Below are positions 18,799-28,172 of a DNA stretch of 64,000 nt, in pieces; within the stretch, counting starts at the first letter, position 1; every line of letters starts with the position of its first letter. Origin of the DNA: Gemmatimonadaceae bacterium (lineage in GTDB: Bacteria; Gemmatimonadota; Gemmatimonadetes; Gemmatimonadales; Gemmatimonadaceae); contig JACVCD010000017.1 of NCBI GenBank assembly GCA_016742275.1, positions 32,952-96,951 of the forward strand. Reading direction: 5' to 3'. Position numbers and translations under genes: made by a program. The notes beneath the pieces are model-generated. The model was not told the DNA's origin, did not search any database, and saw only the letters and a program-made list of their open reading frames with translations.

Positions 18799-20514
18799 GT
18801 GCGGTACACGCCGGCATTTCCGCAGGACCCCATTCAAGAACTGCTCGAACCACATCGCGTACTGCGCTGGGTGTGGATCGGGCGTCTTGCGTTGGCGTGT
18901 GCCATTCTCGTGGCGGCCGTCTTTGTCTGGAGTGAGGCTGAGCCGACGGTCACGCTGGTGGCCACCTTGGCGTTTGCCGTGGCGACTCTCACCACGGTTG
19001 GGTCAGCGCTCTATGGCAATGCCGATCGTAAACCGTTGGGGATGCTGTACTTCGCAGGTCAATGCACCATCGATCTGCTGCTGGTTACATCCATAGTGCA
19101 TATCACGGGTGGCTGGAGCTCACAGTTCGCCGCCCTCTATATCCTGGTCATTGCCAGCGGCGCGCTACTGCTCCCGTTTCGCGGTGGACTTACAGTCGCG
19201 ATCGGCGCCTGTGTGCTGTATGCGGCCGATGTGCTGTGGTTGCGTGGTGGTTCTCCAGGATTGGGATTCGCCGTGCAGTCCGGTGTGTTTGTTGTTGTTG
19301 CGGTGGGCTCGGGCTTCGTCGCGCAACGTCTCCGGCAGGCTGGTTCAGGCCGCGAAGCACTGGCGGCGCAACTGGCCAAGGTGCAGCTCGAGGCCGCCGA
19401 CATTCTGCGCACCATTCGCTCCGGCATCATGACCGTCGATGCGCAGGGGCGTTTGCTCTACGCCAATCCCGCCGCATCGGATCTGTTGCAACTGGATCTG
19501 CGCGCATACATCGGTCGTCCGGTGTTGCCTACGCTGCGTCGTGTGTCGCCGCAATTGACTGAACTCATCGAGCGCAGTGCACGCGATGGCGTTCGTACCA
19601 CGCGCGCTGAGGGTGTGATTCGCCGCGGTGATGATGATGTGGAGATCGGTGTGACGACCACGGTGGCGGAGGGTGGGCGTCCCGATGGCACAACGACCGC
19701 CACAGCAATCTTTCAGGACATCTCCGACAGCAAGCGACTGCAGGCGCTGCACGTGCGCGCTGAACGTCTCCAGGCTGTCGCAGAACTCAGTGCGTCACTC
19801 GCTCATGAGATCCGCAATCCATTGGCAAGTATTCGCAGTGCCACCGAACAACTCGCCCGTCGGCAGGCCATGCGCGGCGGCGCGATTGATGAAGATGAAA
19901 CGGTGTTGCACGGACTCGTCGTGCGCGAGGCCGATCGTTTGAGTCGATTGCTCGCTGAGTTCCTCGACTTTGCGCGTGCGCGCGTGACACAGTTGCAATC
20001 GCTCGACCTCGGCGCGCTCGTGCAGGCTGCGTCGACCATGGCCGCATCGCATCCCGACCGCGCTGATGCGGTGCAGGTGCAGGTGGATATCTCACCTGAC
20101 CTGCCAGCATTCGCTGGTGATGAGGATCTGCTGCATCGCGCCGTATTCAATCTCGTGCTGAATGCCGTGCAGGCGCTTGATGGCAGTGGCCACGTGTTCG
20201 TATCGGTCGCTCGCAATCAACCAGACGGCAACGAGCGGAATCATCGCGCAATTGCCGGAGATCTCGTATCGATCACGGTCACCGATGACGGACCGGGTGT
20301 TCCCGAGGATCTGCGTGGCCGTCTGTTTGAACCATTTGTCTCCGGCAAACCTGGTGGTAGTGGACTCGGTCTTCCCGTAGTTCATCGCGCGGTAGAAGCA
20401 CACCGAGGCTTGGTCACTGTGGACCATCTCGCCAATGGCACACGCTTCTCGATCGTGTTGCCCGTTTCAGTGTCTGACTCTTCACACTCCCGCATTTCCG
20501 GAGTTGCTGCATGA
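18799..20514 (+). CDS. pilS: PilS-like membrane PAS sensor histidine kinase
   Basis: About 6 TMs, PAS, H-box AHEIRNPL, NLVLNAVQA, DDGPG, GSGLGL; upstream of pilins. Confidence 0.8.
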   Translation: MRYTPAFPQDPIQELLEPHRVLRWVWIGRLALACAILVAAVFVWSEAEPTVTLVATLAFAVATLTTVGSALYGNADRKPLGMLYFAGQCTIDLLLVTSIVHITGGWSSQFAALYILVIASGALLLPFRGGLTVAIGACVLYAADVLWLRGGSPGLGFAVQSGVFVVVAVGSGFVAQRLRQAGSGREALAAQLAKVQLEAADILRTIRSGIMTVDAQGRLLYANPAASDLLQLDLRAYIGRPVLPTLRRVSPQLTELIERSARDGVRTTRAEGVIRRGDDDVEIGVTTTVAEGGRPDGTTTATAIFQDISDSKRLQALHVRAERLQAVAELSASLAHEIRNPLASIRSATEQLARRQAMRGGAIDEDETVLHGLVVREADRLSRLLAEFLDFARARVTQLQSLDLGALVQAASTMAASHPDRADAVQVQVDISPDLPAFAGDEDLLHRAVFNLVLNAVQALDGSGHVFVSVARNQPDGNERNHRAIAGDLVSITVTDDGPGVPEDLRGRLFEPFVSGKPGGSGLGLPVVHRAVEAHRGLVTVDHLANGTRFSIVLPVSVSDSSHSRISGVAA

Positions 20515-21890
20515 TTGCTCCTGCTGCCCCCGATCTTCCGCGCGTGCTCATCGTCGACGACGAGTCAGGCATTCTCGATTCGTTGCGTATCCTGCTCAAG
20601 ACCGAAGGCTTTTCGCCGTACACGGCGCAAGGCGGACGTCAGGGCATCGAGAAGATCAATGAGTTGCAGCCCGACATCGTACTTACGGACGTACGGATGC
20701 CCGATGTCACCGGTGTACAGGTGTTGAGTGCGGCAAGGCAGAGCGATCCCGATGTACCCGTCATTCTGATGACGGCGCAGGCCACACTGCAGTCGGCCAT
20801 GCAGGCGGTCAACGAAGGCGCGTTCTACTACATCCAGAAACCGTTCCGCAACGACGAACTGGTGGCCATCCTCAAGCGCGCTGCAGAACATCGCAAGCTT
20901 CGCGTTGAGAATCAGGAACTCAAGCAGGAAATCCGTCGGCGTGATCGTAACACGGCTGGGCGTCCCGTCGGTCGCAGTAAGAGTTGGAACGAAGTGCTGC
21001 GTCTGGCAGAAACAGTAGCTCCCACCGATTCCACCGTGCTCATTACCGGTGAGTCGGGAACAGGTAAGGAAGTGATCGCGCGCTACATCCACGAATTGAG
21101 CGCGCGCACGAGCAACAACTTCATGAGCATCAACTGCGGTGCGTTGCCGGAGTCACTGCTCGAAAGCGAGTTGTTCGGTCACGTAAAGGGCTCCTTCACC
21201 GGCGCCGTAAAGGACAAGACCGGTCTATTTGCTGCGGCAGACCAGGGCACCTTCTTCCTGGACGAAATCGGCGAGACCACGGCCTCTATTCAGGTCAAGC
21301 TGCTGCGCGTGCTCCAGCAGCGCGAAGTCATTCCCGTGGGTGCCACCGAATCCGTGCCGGTTAACACCCGGGTTCTGGCGGCCACAAACCGGGATCTGGA
21401 AGAAGAGATCAAGCGCGGGAGCTTTCGTGCCGATCTTTTCTATCGATTGAATGTCATCGCTGTGCATCTGCCCCCACTCCGGCAGCGCGCCGAAGACATC
21501 CCGTTGTTGGCGGAGGGGTTCCTGGCGCGCTCGGCGACATTGCGTGGCGAGGAACCCAAGGTGCTGGCCGAGGAGACACTCGATGCCATGATGGCATATG
21601 GGTGGCCAGGTAATGTGCGCGAACTCGAGAATGCTCTCGAACGCGCCGTCATCCTCTCATCGGGCGACACCATTCGTTCGGAGGCGCTGCCCGAACGGGT
21701 CACGTCACGTCGCGCGGAACCGCTCGTCAGTGAACGGACACCGGTTACGCCAACCCTCGAGGCCATCGAGCGGGCGTACATCCAGTGGGTCCTGCAGAAC
21801 GAAGGCGGTAACAAGAGTCGCGCCGCCGACATGTTGGGCATTGATCCTTCCACCCTGTATCGCAAGCTCGCCCGCTACGGAGACGCCTGA
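20511..21890 (+). CDS. pilR: PilR/NtrC-family sigma54 response regulator
   Basis: Receiver (IVDDE, VLTD), [26 protein letters not shown], Fis HTH. Confidence 0.85.
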   Translation: MIAPAAPDLPRVLIVDDESGILDSLRILLKTEGFSPYTAQGGRQGIEKINELQPDIVLTDVRMPDVTGVQVLSAARQSDPDVPVILMTAQATLQSAMQAVNEGAFYYIQKPFRNDELVAILKRAAEHRKLRVENQELKQEIRRRDRNTAGRPVGRSKSWNEVLRLAETVAPTDSTVLITGESGTGKEVIARYIHELSARTSNNFMSINCGALPESLLESELFGHVKGSFTGAVKDKTGLFAAADQGTFFLDEIGETTASIQVKLLRVLQQREVIPVGATESVPVNTRVLAATNRDLEEEIKRGSFRADLFYRLNVIAVHLPPLRQRAEDIPLLAEGFLARSATLRGEEPKVLAEETLDAMMAYGWPGNVRELENALERAVILSSGDTIRSEALPERVTSRRAEPLVSERTPVTPTLEAIERAYIQWVLQNEGGNKSRAADMLGIDPSTLYRKLARYGDA

Positions 21891-22252
21891 TGCGCCATAC
21901 CCCGCTGCGACGTCGCACCGGCTTCACATTCATCGAACTGCTGACGGTGGTCGTTATCATCGGCATTCTGGCCTCGCTGGCCATTACCAAGTTCGGTGAC
22001 TCCAAGAAGCGGGCATTCTATGCTGCCATGAAGTCCGATCTGAAGGGATTGGCCACGATGGCCGAGACTCAGTTCGCGAATGAAAACACCTACGCGAACT
22101 TCAATGCGCCCCTGGGTTCGCAAGGGGTCACGTTGACCTTCACTCCCAATGCGCAGGGCTGGTCAGCCAAGGCCACTCATACGGGCCTGCCTGGTGTTCA
22201 GTGCACGCTGGTTGCTGGACCGGGTCAGAACGGCGGGCCGCAGTGCAATTGA
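21890..22252 (+). CDS. Type IVa pilin (paralogue 1)
   Basis: RRTG|FTFIELLTVVVIIGILA; C-terminal Cys pair. Confidence 0.92.
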   Translation: MRHTPLRRRTGFTFIELLTVVVIIGILASLAITKFGDSKKRAFYAAMKSDLKGLATMAETQFANENTYANFNAPLGSQGVTLTFTPNAQGWSAKATHTGLPGVQCTLVAGPGQNGGPQCN

Positions 22253-22300
22253 CGTACAACAGGGTCTGCGTCCTGTCGCGTCAAACCTGATTTTTTAGAC

Positions 22301-22327
22301 AAAAGCCGAGGCTCGCCTCGGCTTTTT
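22301..22327. terminator. Intrinsic terminator, potentially bidirectional
   Basis: AAAAGCCGAGG-CTCG-CCTCGGCTTTTT. Confidence 0.85.
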
Positions 22328-22447
22328 CATTTGTCCAGACTGCTACCGTTGCATCCGTGGCACTCACATTCCCCGGTGTCTATCACAGGGTTTGCGACGC
22401 TGTTTCACCACCGGAACAGGTCACTCATTTGACTGGAATGACGGTGA

Positions 22448-22460
22448 TTGCACCCTGCAA
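22448..22460. promoter_or_regulatory. Candidate upstream activator site TTGCA-CCC-TGCAA
   Basis: Palindrome about 100 bp upstream of the pilA sigma54 promoter; same motif as at 18724 and 18760. Confidence 0.5.
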
Positions 22461-22558
22461 GGTTCTTTGCAAAACCCAACGCTCGGCGGAATGAACCAGT
22501 GCTCGTCGAATTGATGCAAGTGCTTATAGGACAATGACTTTTATTGGTGCCGCGACTT

Positions 22559-22573
22559 TGGCAAGCGAAATGC
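22559..22573 (+). promoter_or_regulatory. Sigma54 -24/-12 promoter of the major pilin
   Basis: TGGCAAGCGAAATGC: GG 22560-61, GC 22572-73; downstream of a PilR-like gene. Confidence 0.75.
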
Positions 22574-22646
22574 CTTACTGCAAGTCGTCGCGGGGATCGT
22601 CACTCAGGACGGACCCGACGCAACAACCCCCATTGGAGATTCCACC

Positions 22647-23024
22647 ATGAAGCGCACTCGCAAGGGTTTCACCCTCATCGAACTCCTGATCGTCGTCGTC
22701 ATCATCGGCATCCTCGCCGCGATCGCGATCCCCAAGTTCGCTGACACCAAGAAGAAGGCCTACGTCACGGCCGCCAAGTCGGATCTCAAGAACCTGATCC
22801 CGATGGCCGAAGCGCACTTCTCGGACGCTGGTTCGTACACGGGCTGGACGGTTCCGGCCACCTATGGCTCGCAGGGCATGACCATCGTCCCGACGGTGAC
22901 GGCTGGCGGCTGGAGCGCGACGGCGACGCATGCTGCGTCTGGCGTGGTCTGCTCGATCGCCGTGGGTGATGCTGTGGTTGCTCCGGCCGCCGAAGGCGTC
23001 CCGGGCGGCGCCGCCTGCAAGTAA
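22647..23024 (+). CDS. pilA: Type IVa major pilin
   Basis: GGAG SD; RKG|FTLIELLIVVVIIGILAAIAIP; strongly biased codon usage; own sigma54 promoter. Confidence 0.9.
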   Translation: MKRTRKGFTLIELLIVVVIIGILAAIAIPKFADTKKKAYVTAAKSDLKNLIPMAEAHFSDAGSYTGWTVPATYGSQGMTIVPTVTAGGWSATATHAASGVVCSIAVGDAVVAPAAEGVPGGAACK

Positions 23025-23042
23025 GCCACACTGGCTATCCAA

Positions 23043-23113
23043 CAGCGCGGCAGGGCATAAACCCTGCCGCACTGATTGGGGGGGAGGGGTCGGGCGAAAG
23101 CCTGGCCCCTTTG
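23043..23113 (+). terminator. Tandem hairpins after pilA
   Basis: GCGGCAGGG/CCCTGCCGC, then AGGGGTCGGGC-GAAA-GCCTGGCCCCT followed by TT. Confidence 0.6.
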
Positions 23114-23227
23114 CCGTTTCCGGACATCGCGAGCCGGAACGCGCCAATCGTATCCGGCCGGCAAAGAACCAGCGAATAGGGCGAGCAACCGGTTGCCCGA
23201 AACGCGGCAACACTGCAACGTCCCCCC

Positions 23228-24430
23228 GTGACCGAAACGAAGCGCTACAGCATCCACGAACGCCTGCAGCGGGTTCTTGTACTCGCCAGCAGTGGGCTGA
23301 TCGTCGCCATCATCACTACCATGTGGTTCACCGAGGAGCTGCCCGCAGCCATTCGGTGGCCGATCGTGGTTCTGCTGGTGTTTCTCATTGCGCTGGTGTC
23401 GGCCAGCATGCTGCAGCGGCAAGTAGCCGAACTGATTGAACAACCGCTCGGACATTGTGTGGCAGCCGCTGACGCCATGGCCAAGGGGGATACGTCGAAG
23501 ACGGTTCCTCCGGCCGGCACCGAGGAGTTCAATCGGCTGGCCGACAGTATCAATCGCATGACCGAGCAGATGAATGCGGCCACGCAGTCCCGGCTACGCG
23601 TTGAGAAGCTCGCCACCATGGGTCGCATTGCCGCCGGTATTTCGCATGAGATCGGCAATCCGGTATCGGCCATCGCCAATTACGCGCATCTCCTGCGCAT
23701 GCGGACGCGTGATGTGGCCGGAACCGCCGAACCCATCGATGCGCTCGAGCGCGAGATCACGCGTATCGATCGCATCATGCGTGGTCTGCTCGACTACGCA
23801 CGTCCGCGTCGCCTGACGCCCAAGCCGATCGTGGTCGATGAAGTGGTCGAGGACGTCATCCGACTGCTCGGCGATCAGGGTATTACGCGCCGCTTCCGGA
23901 TTGCGCGTGAACTCGAGGCACCGGAAGGCGTGGTGTACGCGGAACGCCATGATCTGGAGCAGGTGTTCGTGAACCTGCTGCTCAACGCGGTGGACGCGAT
24001 GGATCGCGAAGGAGACATCGTAATCCGTTCACGCATCAATGATGCGTCGGCATTTACCGAATCCATCGAAAAGCGTCGCACGGACCCGTCGCCGCAGCGC
24101 TGGGCGCATCGTCCCAGCAAGCGCGCCCTTGCGTGGCTGGCTCGCCCGGAATCTCCGTCGCGATTCCTGCAGGTGGTGTTGGCCGACTCTGGTACCGGCG
24201 TGTCTCCGGAAGACGAAGAGCGCATCTTCGAGCCGTTTTTCTCGACCAAGCAACCGGGGAAGGGCACTGGTCTCGGACTGGCCATCGTTGCCAGCACGAT
24301 CGAGAATCTGGGAGGCACGATCTGGGTGCAGCGCGCGCGCGAGGGCGGTGCCGCGTTTGTGATTCTGCTGCCGTTGCACGCCAGTGGACTCCGGCGTGTG
24401 GCCGCTGACGTGCCGCCTGCGTTCCCATGA
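23228..24430 (+). CDS. HAMP sensor histidine kinase
   Basis: 2 TMs, HAMP (EEFNRLADSINRM), SHEIGNP, NLLLNAVDA, DSGTG, GTGLGL. Confidence 0.92.
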   Translation: MTETKRYSIHERLQRVLVLASSGLIVAIITTMWFTEELPAAIRWPIVVLLVFLIALVSASMLQRQVAELIEQPLGHCVAAADAMAKGDTSKTVPPAGTEEFNRLADSINRMTEQMNAATQSRLRVEKLATMGRIAAGISHEIGNPVSAIANYAHLLRMRTRDVAGTAEPIDALEREITRIDRIMRGLLDYARPRRLTPKPIVVDEVVEDVIRLLGDQGITRRFRIARELEAPEGVVYAERHDLEQVFVNLLLNAVDAMDREGDIVIRSRINDASAFTESIEKRRTDPSPQRWAHRPSKRALAWLARPESPSRFLQVVLADSGTGVSPEDEERIFEPFFSTKQPGKGTGLGLAIVASTIENLGGTIWVQRAREGGAAFVILLPLHASGLRRVAADVPPAFP

Positions 24431-24529
24431 TGACACGCGCACGATTCTGGTGATAACGCATGGGGCCATCGGTGATACCGTGGCCCCATGTTCGTTTCGC
24501 GACTGTCTTCTCCACGCTCCGCGGCGCCA

Positions 24530-24925
24530 ATGCGCCAGTCTTTCGGTCGAGATGGTATTCGGCCGAGAACTGGTCGCGTGCTGGTGGAATGCTGTGTTGC
24601 CGCGCTGCTGCTGGCGACTTCGGCAACGATCGTGCTGCTATTGGGCACAACGTCCGCGATGCTGGTGAATGGAGCTGTGGCGGAAGACGTGGTGCACCGC
24701 ACGCTCGTCAGTCAGAACGCGACGTTGCATGGACAGGCCTGCCGAAGTGATGCCGCCAGCGAATCGCGCGCACTTCGGCACCGCTACGAGGTCAGCGCGG
24801 ATGATGCGCCGACGGCGGGAGGGCGTCAGGAGCAATTGCGCGTGCAGTGGCGAGAGAGTGCGCTCCACGCATCTGCCGTCAAGATGCGCGAGCACCGTGT
24901 GCACGGGGCTGCATCATGCGAGTAA
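24530..24925 (+). CDS. PilV-like minor pilin (divergent)
   Basis: RTG|RVLVE followed by a hydrophobic helix; first of three coupled pilin-like genes. Confidence 0.55.
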   Translation: MRQSFGRDGIRPRTGRVLVECCVAALLLATSATIVLLLGTTSAMLVNGAVAEDVVHRTLVSQNATLHGQACRSDAASESRALRHRYEVSADDAPTAGGRQEQLRVQWRESALHASAVKMREHRVHGAASCE

Positions 24926-25824
24926 AGCGCAAAGTGTCGGTGCAACGCAGCACTGTGCGACGTGGGATGAGTCTCGTGGAACTGCTGGTTGCCATGCCAC
25001 TGGCTGCTCTGCTTGGTGCCGTGGCCGTGACACTTCTCCTGGTCGTGGCGCGCAATGCGCGGACCCAGGGGGCGGTCATGAACACATCTCGCGAACTTCG
25101 CCACGCAATGGTCGCCGTGATCTCCGATCTGGAAATGCTGGCGCCCGGTGACCTGAGAGTTGTGCAAGACTCATTGATCGAATTCGATGCCACACACGCG
25201 ACTGCCGTGATTTGCGGAGTGTCTTCCAATGGCACCGTGTTGCTGGGAGAACTGGGTCCTACGCATTCGAGTCCTCTGAGCGGCGTGCGGGCCGGAGATG
25301 AACTGCGGCATTGGCCACTGCTCTCAGGTCAGGTGGCGGGCGCCGATCCGCATATAGCGCCGTCACAGGAGCGCCTTGCGGTCGGCGCAGCCTCCGGCGC
25401 TGGCACGATGTCGTGTGGCCCAGCTGGTGCTGCGCTCGACATCCCGCAGTGGCGCGTGCAGGTCGATAGTGCTCGCGTCAGACAACTGCAGACAGGCACA
25501 CCGGTGCGCATCACGCGCGCCGCGCGCTACGTGCATTACCGGAGCGATGGGCAGTGGTGGCTCGGTAAACGCACTCGCGATGCGGGCGGCTGGGATGTGG
25601 TACAGCCCGTTGCAGGGCCACTGCATTCTCTCGCTGAATCAGGTCTTCGTGTGACGGGAGAGACAGCGGCCGGAGCGCCGACGAATGATCCCGCGCAGAT
25701 GAATCGTCTGCGGTTTTTGATTCGTGCACCACGCATGCAGTCGGGACGCGCGACGACAGTGAGTGACTCGATTCACGTGTCCATCGCCCTGCGCGGATTG
25801 CCAGCGCAGAATGGGACGCCCTGA
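24916..25824 (+). CDS. PilW-like minor pilin
   Basis: RRG|MSLVELLVAM; C-terminal YRSDGQWWLG ... QPVAGP. Confidence 0.7.
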   Translation: MRVKRKVSVQRSTVRRGMSLVELLVAMPLAALLGAVAVTLLLVVARNARTQGAVMNTSRELRHAMVAVISDLEMLAPGDLRVVQDSLIEFDATHATAVICGVSSNGTVLLGELGPTHSSPLSGVRAGDELRHWPLLSGQVAGADPHIAPSQERLAVGAASGAGTMSCGPAGAALDIPQWRVQVDSARVRQLQTGTPVRITRAARYVHYRSDGQWWLGKRTRDAGGWDVVQPVAGPLHSLAESGLRVTGETAAGAPTNDPAQMNRLRFLIRAPRMQSGRATTVSDSIHVSIALRGLPAQNGTP

Positions 25825-26868
25825 ATGGGACGCCTTGAAATGCGCACTCGACATGGTTCGATGTTGCCGCTGGTTGTGGTCGTACTGGCGATGGTCTCGC
25901 TGTTAGCCGCCGGCCTCACAACTACTGCCTGGCGAGCCAATAGCGCGAGCGTATTGAGTCGTGGTGCCCAGGACATCAGTCGCGCCATCGATGTCGCTGC
26001 CGCGAGCGCGGTGGGAGCTTGGGCCGCTGATTCTGTGGCACAGCGCGCCATCGGTGTGACAGTGCATCGGACAAATCAGGTGGTGGATGCCGCGCTCGTA
26101 CGCACTGCATGGCGTCGTACGCATCCACTCTTTGCCTGGCTCGAACTGGACGCTGCACCCCAGGCGTCGTCTGCTACCCGAACACCACGTAGGCACGAAC
26201 GACGAGCCTATTGGCTTCGCCCTCCTGCTATCTCCGTCGTCGGCGCACTGACAGCGAGCGGCATGGTGGAAGGCGAAGACGGTACAACCGTCGTAGGCGC
26301 TGACCTCGCAGCGCCTACGACGTGGTGCCGCGGTGCACGTGCAACGCTCACCGTGCCCTCCATCGTGGCGGGTGATGTGGCGGCGACGCCTGGGCGGATA
26401 TGGACATTGACGCCGGATTGGCGGGCCATCGTGGCCACGGAGCAAATGGCGATCGGCAGCGCCTGGTCGGCTGTTGCGTCGCTTCTTCCGGCGCAGATGG
26501 TAGGTAGCATCGCACAATCACCGATATCCGATCCCGAGTGGCGGGCCCTGCGACTCGAGGGTGATACCGTGGTGCTGCGCGGACCGATGCGCTGGAATGG
26601 TGTGTTGGCGGTGAATGGCATACTGCGTGTCGAAGGGGCTGCAGAAATACACGGCCTTCTGATGACAACGCGTGCGCTCGATGCCTCGTCTGCCGCCCTG
26701 GTGGTGCATGGCGCCGTCATTGCCGGCCACAGCAGCTCTGATCGTGTGCGTCTCAGCCCGTCCACACGCATTCAATTCGATCGATGTGCGGTCGATCTGG
26801 CGCTGGCTACTATCGCCACCCCGAGGGCGTCACCACTGGGTATCCGCATGCCTATTGGCGTTTGGTGA
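25825..26868 (+). CDS. PilX-like minor pilin
   Basis: RHG|SMLPLVVVVL without Glu+5, as is typical of PilX/GspK. Confidence 0.62.
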   Translation: MGRLEMRTRHGSMLPLVVVVLAMVSLLAAGLTTTAWRANSASVLSRGAQDISRAIDVAAASAVGAWAADSVAQRAIGVTVHRTNQVVDAALVRTAWRRTHPLFAWLELDAAPQASSATRTPRRHERRAYWLRPPAISVVGALTASGMVEGEDGTTVVGADLAAPTTWCRGARATLTVPSIVAGDVAATPGRIWTLTPDWRAIVATEQMAIGSAWSAVASLLPAQMVGSIAQSPISDPEWRALRLEGDTVVLRGPMRWNGVLAVNGILRVEGAAEIHGLLMTTRALDASSAALVVHGAVIAGHSSSDRVRLSPSTRIQFDRCAVDLALATIATPRASPLGIRMPIGVW

Positions 26869-27117
26869 CATCAGTCACCGCGCACCGTATAAGCGGTAGA
26901 CACCTCGGTCAGAAGGTCCGATCAGGGCCCCAAATGATGGGCCGTCACTGTCACAGAGTGGCAGCACACGCCCACTCCCCTCCCAGTGACCAGCGTTACC
27001 TCGTGAGGCGCGGGTCGTTTCAAGGGAGACATGTCAGGTCCTGACAGGTCAAACTGTCCCGCCGGTAGAACGCCACGGGATGCGCGGAATGCTTCTCACT
27101 GTGTAACCCCCAGACCC

Positions 27118-28161
27118 ATGGCACTCTTCGGGCGGAAGAAAATCACGGTTGGACTTGATGTCGGATCCGGTCTCGTCAAGGCAGTGGTCATCGACCACAG
27201 CGGATCGAAGCCGGAATTGGCGAAGGTCGTCATCACGCCACTCAACGACACGGCAATCGTCGAAGGTGAAGTCATGGACCACGGCATCGTGGCGGATGCC
27301 ATTCGCCAGACGATCGCGGCGACGGGGGTAAAGGCCAAGAATCTTGTGGCGGCCGTCGGCGGGCGTGACGTGATCGTCAAGAAGATTCAGATGGAGCGTG
27401 TGAAGGAACAGCAGGCACGTGAGCTGATGCGCTGGGAAGCGGAACAGCACGTGCCCTTCGACATGGACTCCGTCGAACTTGATTTCCAGGTACTTGATCC
27501 GGATGGCGATGGTCTCGACATGAGCGTCCTGCTCGTGGCGGCCAAGCGTGATCTGGTTGAAACGAAGCAGAATCTGCTGCAGGAAGCAGGTGCGCCGGCT
27601 GCCGTCATCGACGTTGACGCTTTCGCGCTGCACAACGCGTTCGAGACCAACTATCCCGACGCGATGAATGGCACGGTGGCGCTGCTCAACATCGGCAACG
27701 AAGCCACCAACCTCAACATTCTCGATGATGGCGTGCCCATCCTCACGCGCGATCTCGGTGTCGGCACGCGCCGCTTCCGTGAAGATCTGCAGCGTGAACA
27801 TGGACTCGGCAGCGATGAAGCTGAGGACCTGCTGCGCGGCTACGACGCCAATGTGATGCTCGAGGGCATTGTCGCGATGCGCGGCGAAGAACTCGCCATC
27901 GGTCTTGAGCGCGCCGCCACGTTCCTTGCGACGTCGTCCCGCAACTTCGGCCAGATCCGCGCGGTGTACGCCTGCGGCGGTGGCAGCCGAGTGCCGGGCC
28001 TTCTGCCGTGGTTGGCCGATCGCCTCCGTATGCCGGTGCAGCCGGCCAACGCCTTCGCTCAGCTCGCCGTGCGCGAGGGAGCGTTGGAATTCCTCTCCAC
28101 AGACGAAGTCGCCCCGCTGCTGATGCTGCCGGTTGGGTTGGCTCTTCGCGCGGCCGCCTGA
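27118..28161 (+). CDS. pilM: Type IV pilus assembly protein PilM
   Basis: VGLDVGSG actin-like fold, EAEQHVPF, LLVAAK, CGGGS. Confidence 0.95.
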   Translation: MALFGRKKITVGLDVGSGLVKAVVIDHSGSKPELAKVVITPLNDTAIVEGEVMDHGIVADAIRQTIAATGVKAKNLVAAVGGRDVIVKKIQMERVKEQQARELMRWEAEQHVPFDMDSVELDFQVLDPDGDGLDMSVLLVAAKRDLVETKQNLLQEAGAPAAVIDVDAFALHNAFETNYPDAMNGTVALLNIGNEATNLNILDDGVPILTRDLGVGTRRFREDLQREHGLGSDEAEDLLRGYDANVMLEGIVAMRGEELAIGLERAATFLATSSRNFGQIRAVYACGGGSRVPGLLPWLADRLRMPVQPANAFAQLAVREGALEFLSTDEVAPLLMLPVGLALRAAA

Positions 28162-28172
28162 GGACCCCGCAC

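Noticed and set aside
22516-22527. IHF site upstream of the pilA promoter
   Set aside because: Matches only the CAANNNNTTR part of the consensus; too weak to call as a feature
23078-23084. G7 run after pilA (also the G run near 58670 and A7 at 4200-4206) as phase-variation tracts
   Set aside because: Too short, intergenic, and adjacent to terminator-like hairpins or promoter DNA
26869-27117. c-di-GMP or other riboswitch upstream of pilM
   Set aside because: Only short stems; no GEMM core (GGCAAACC..GAAA..GGGACGCAAAGC) recognisable
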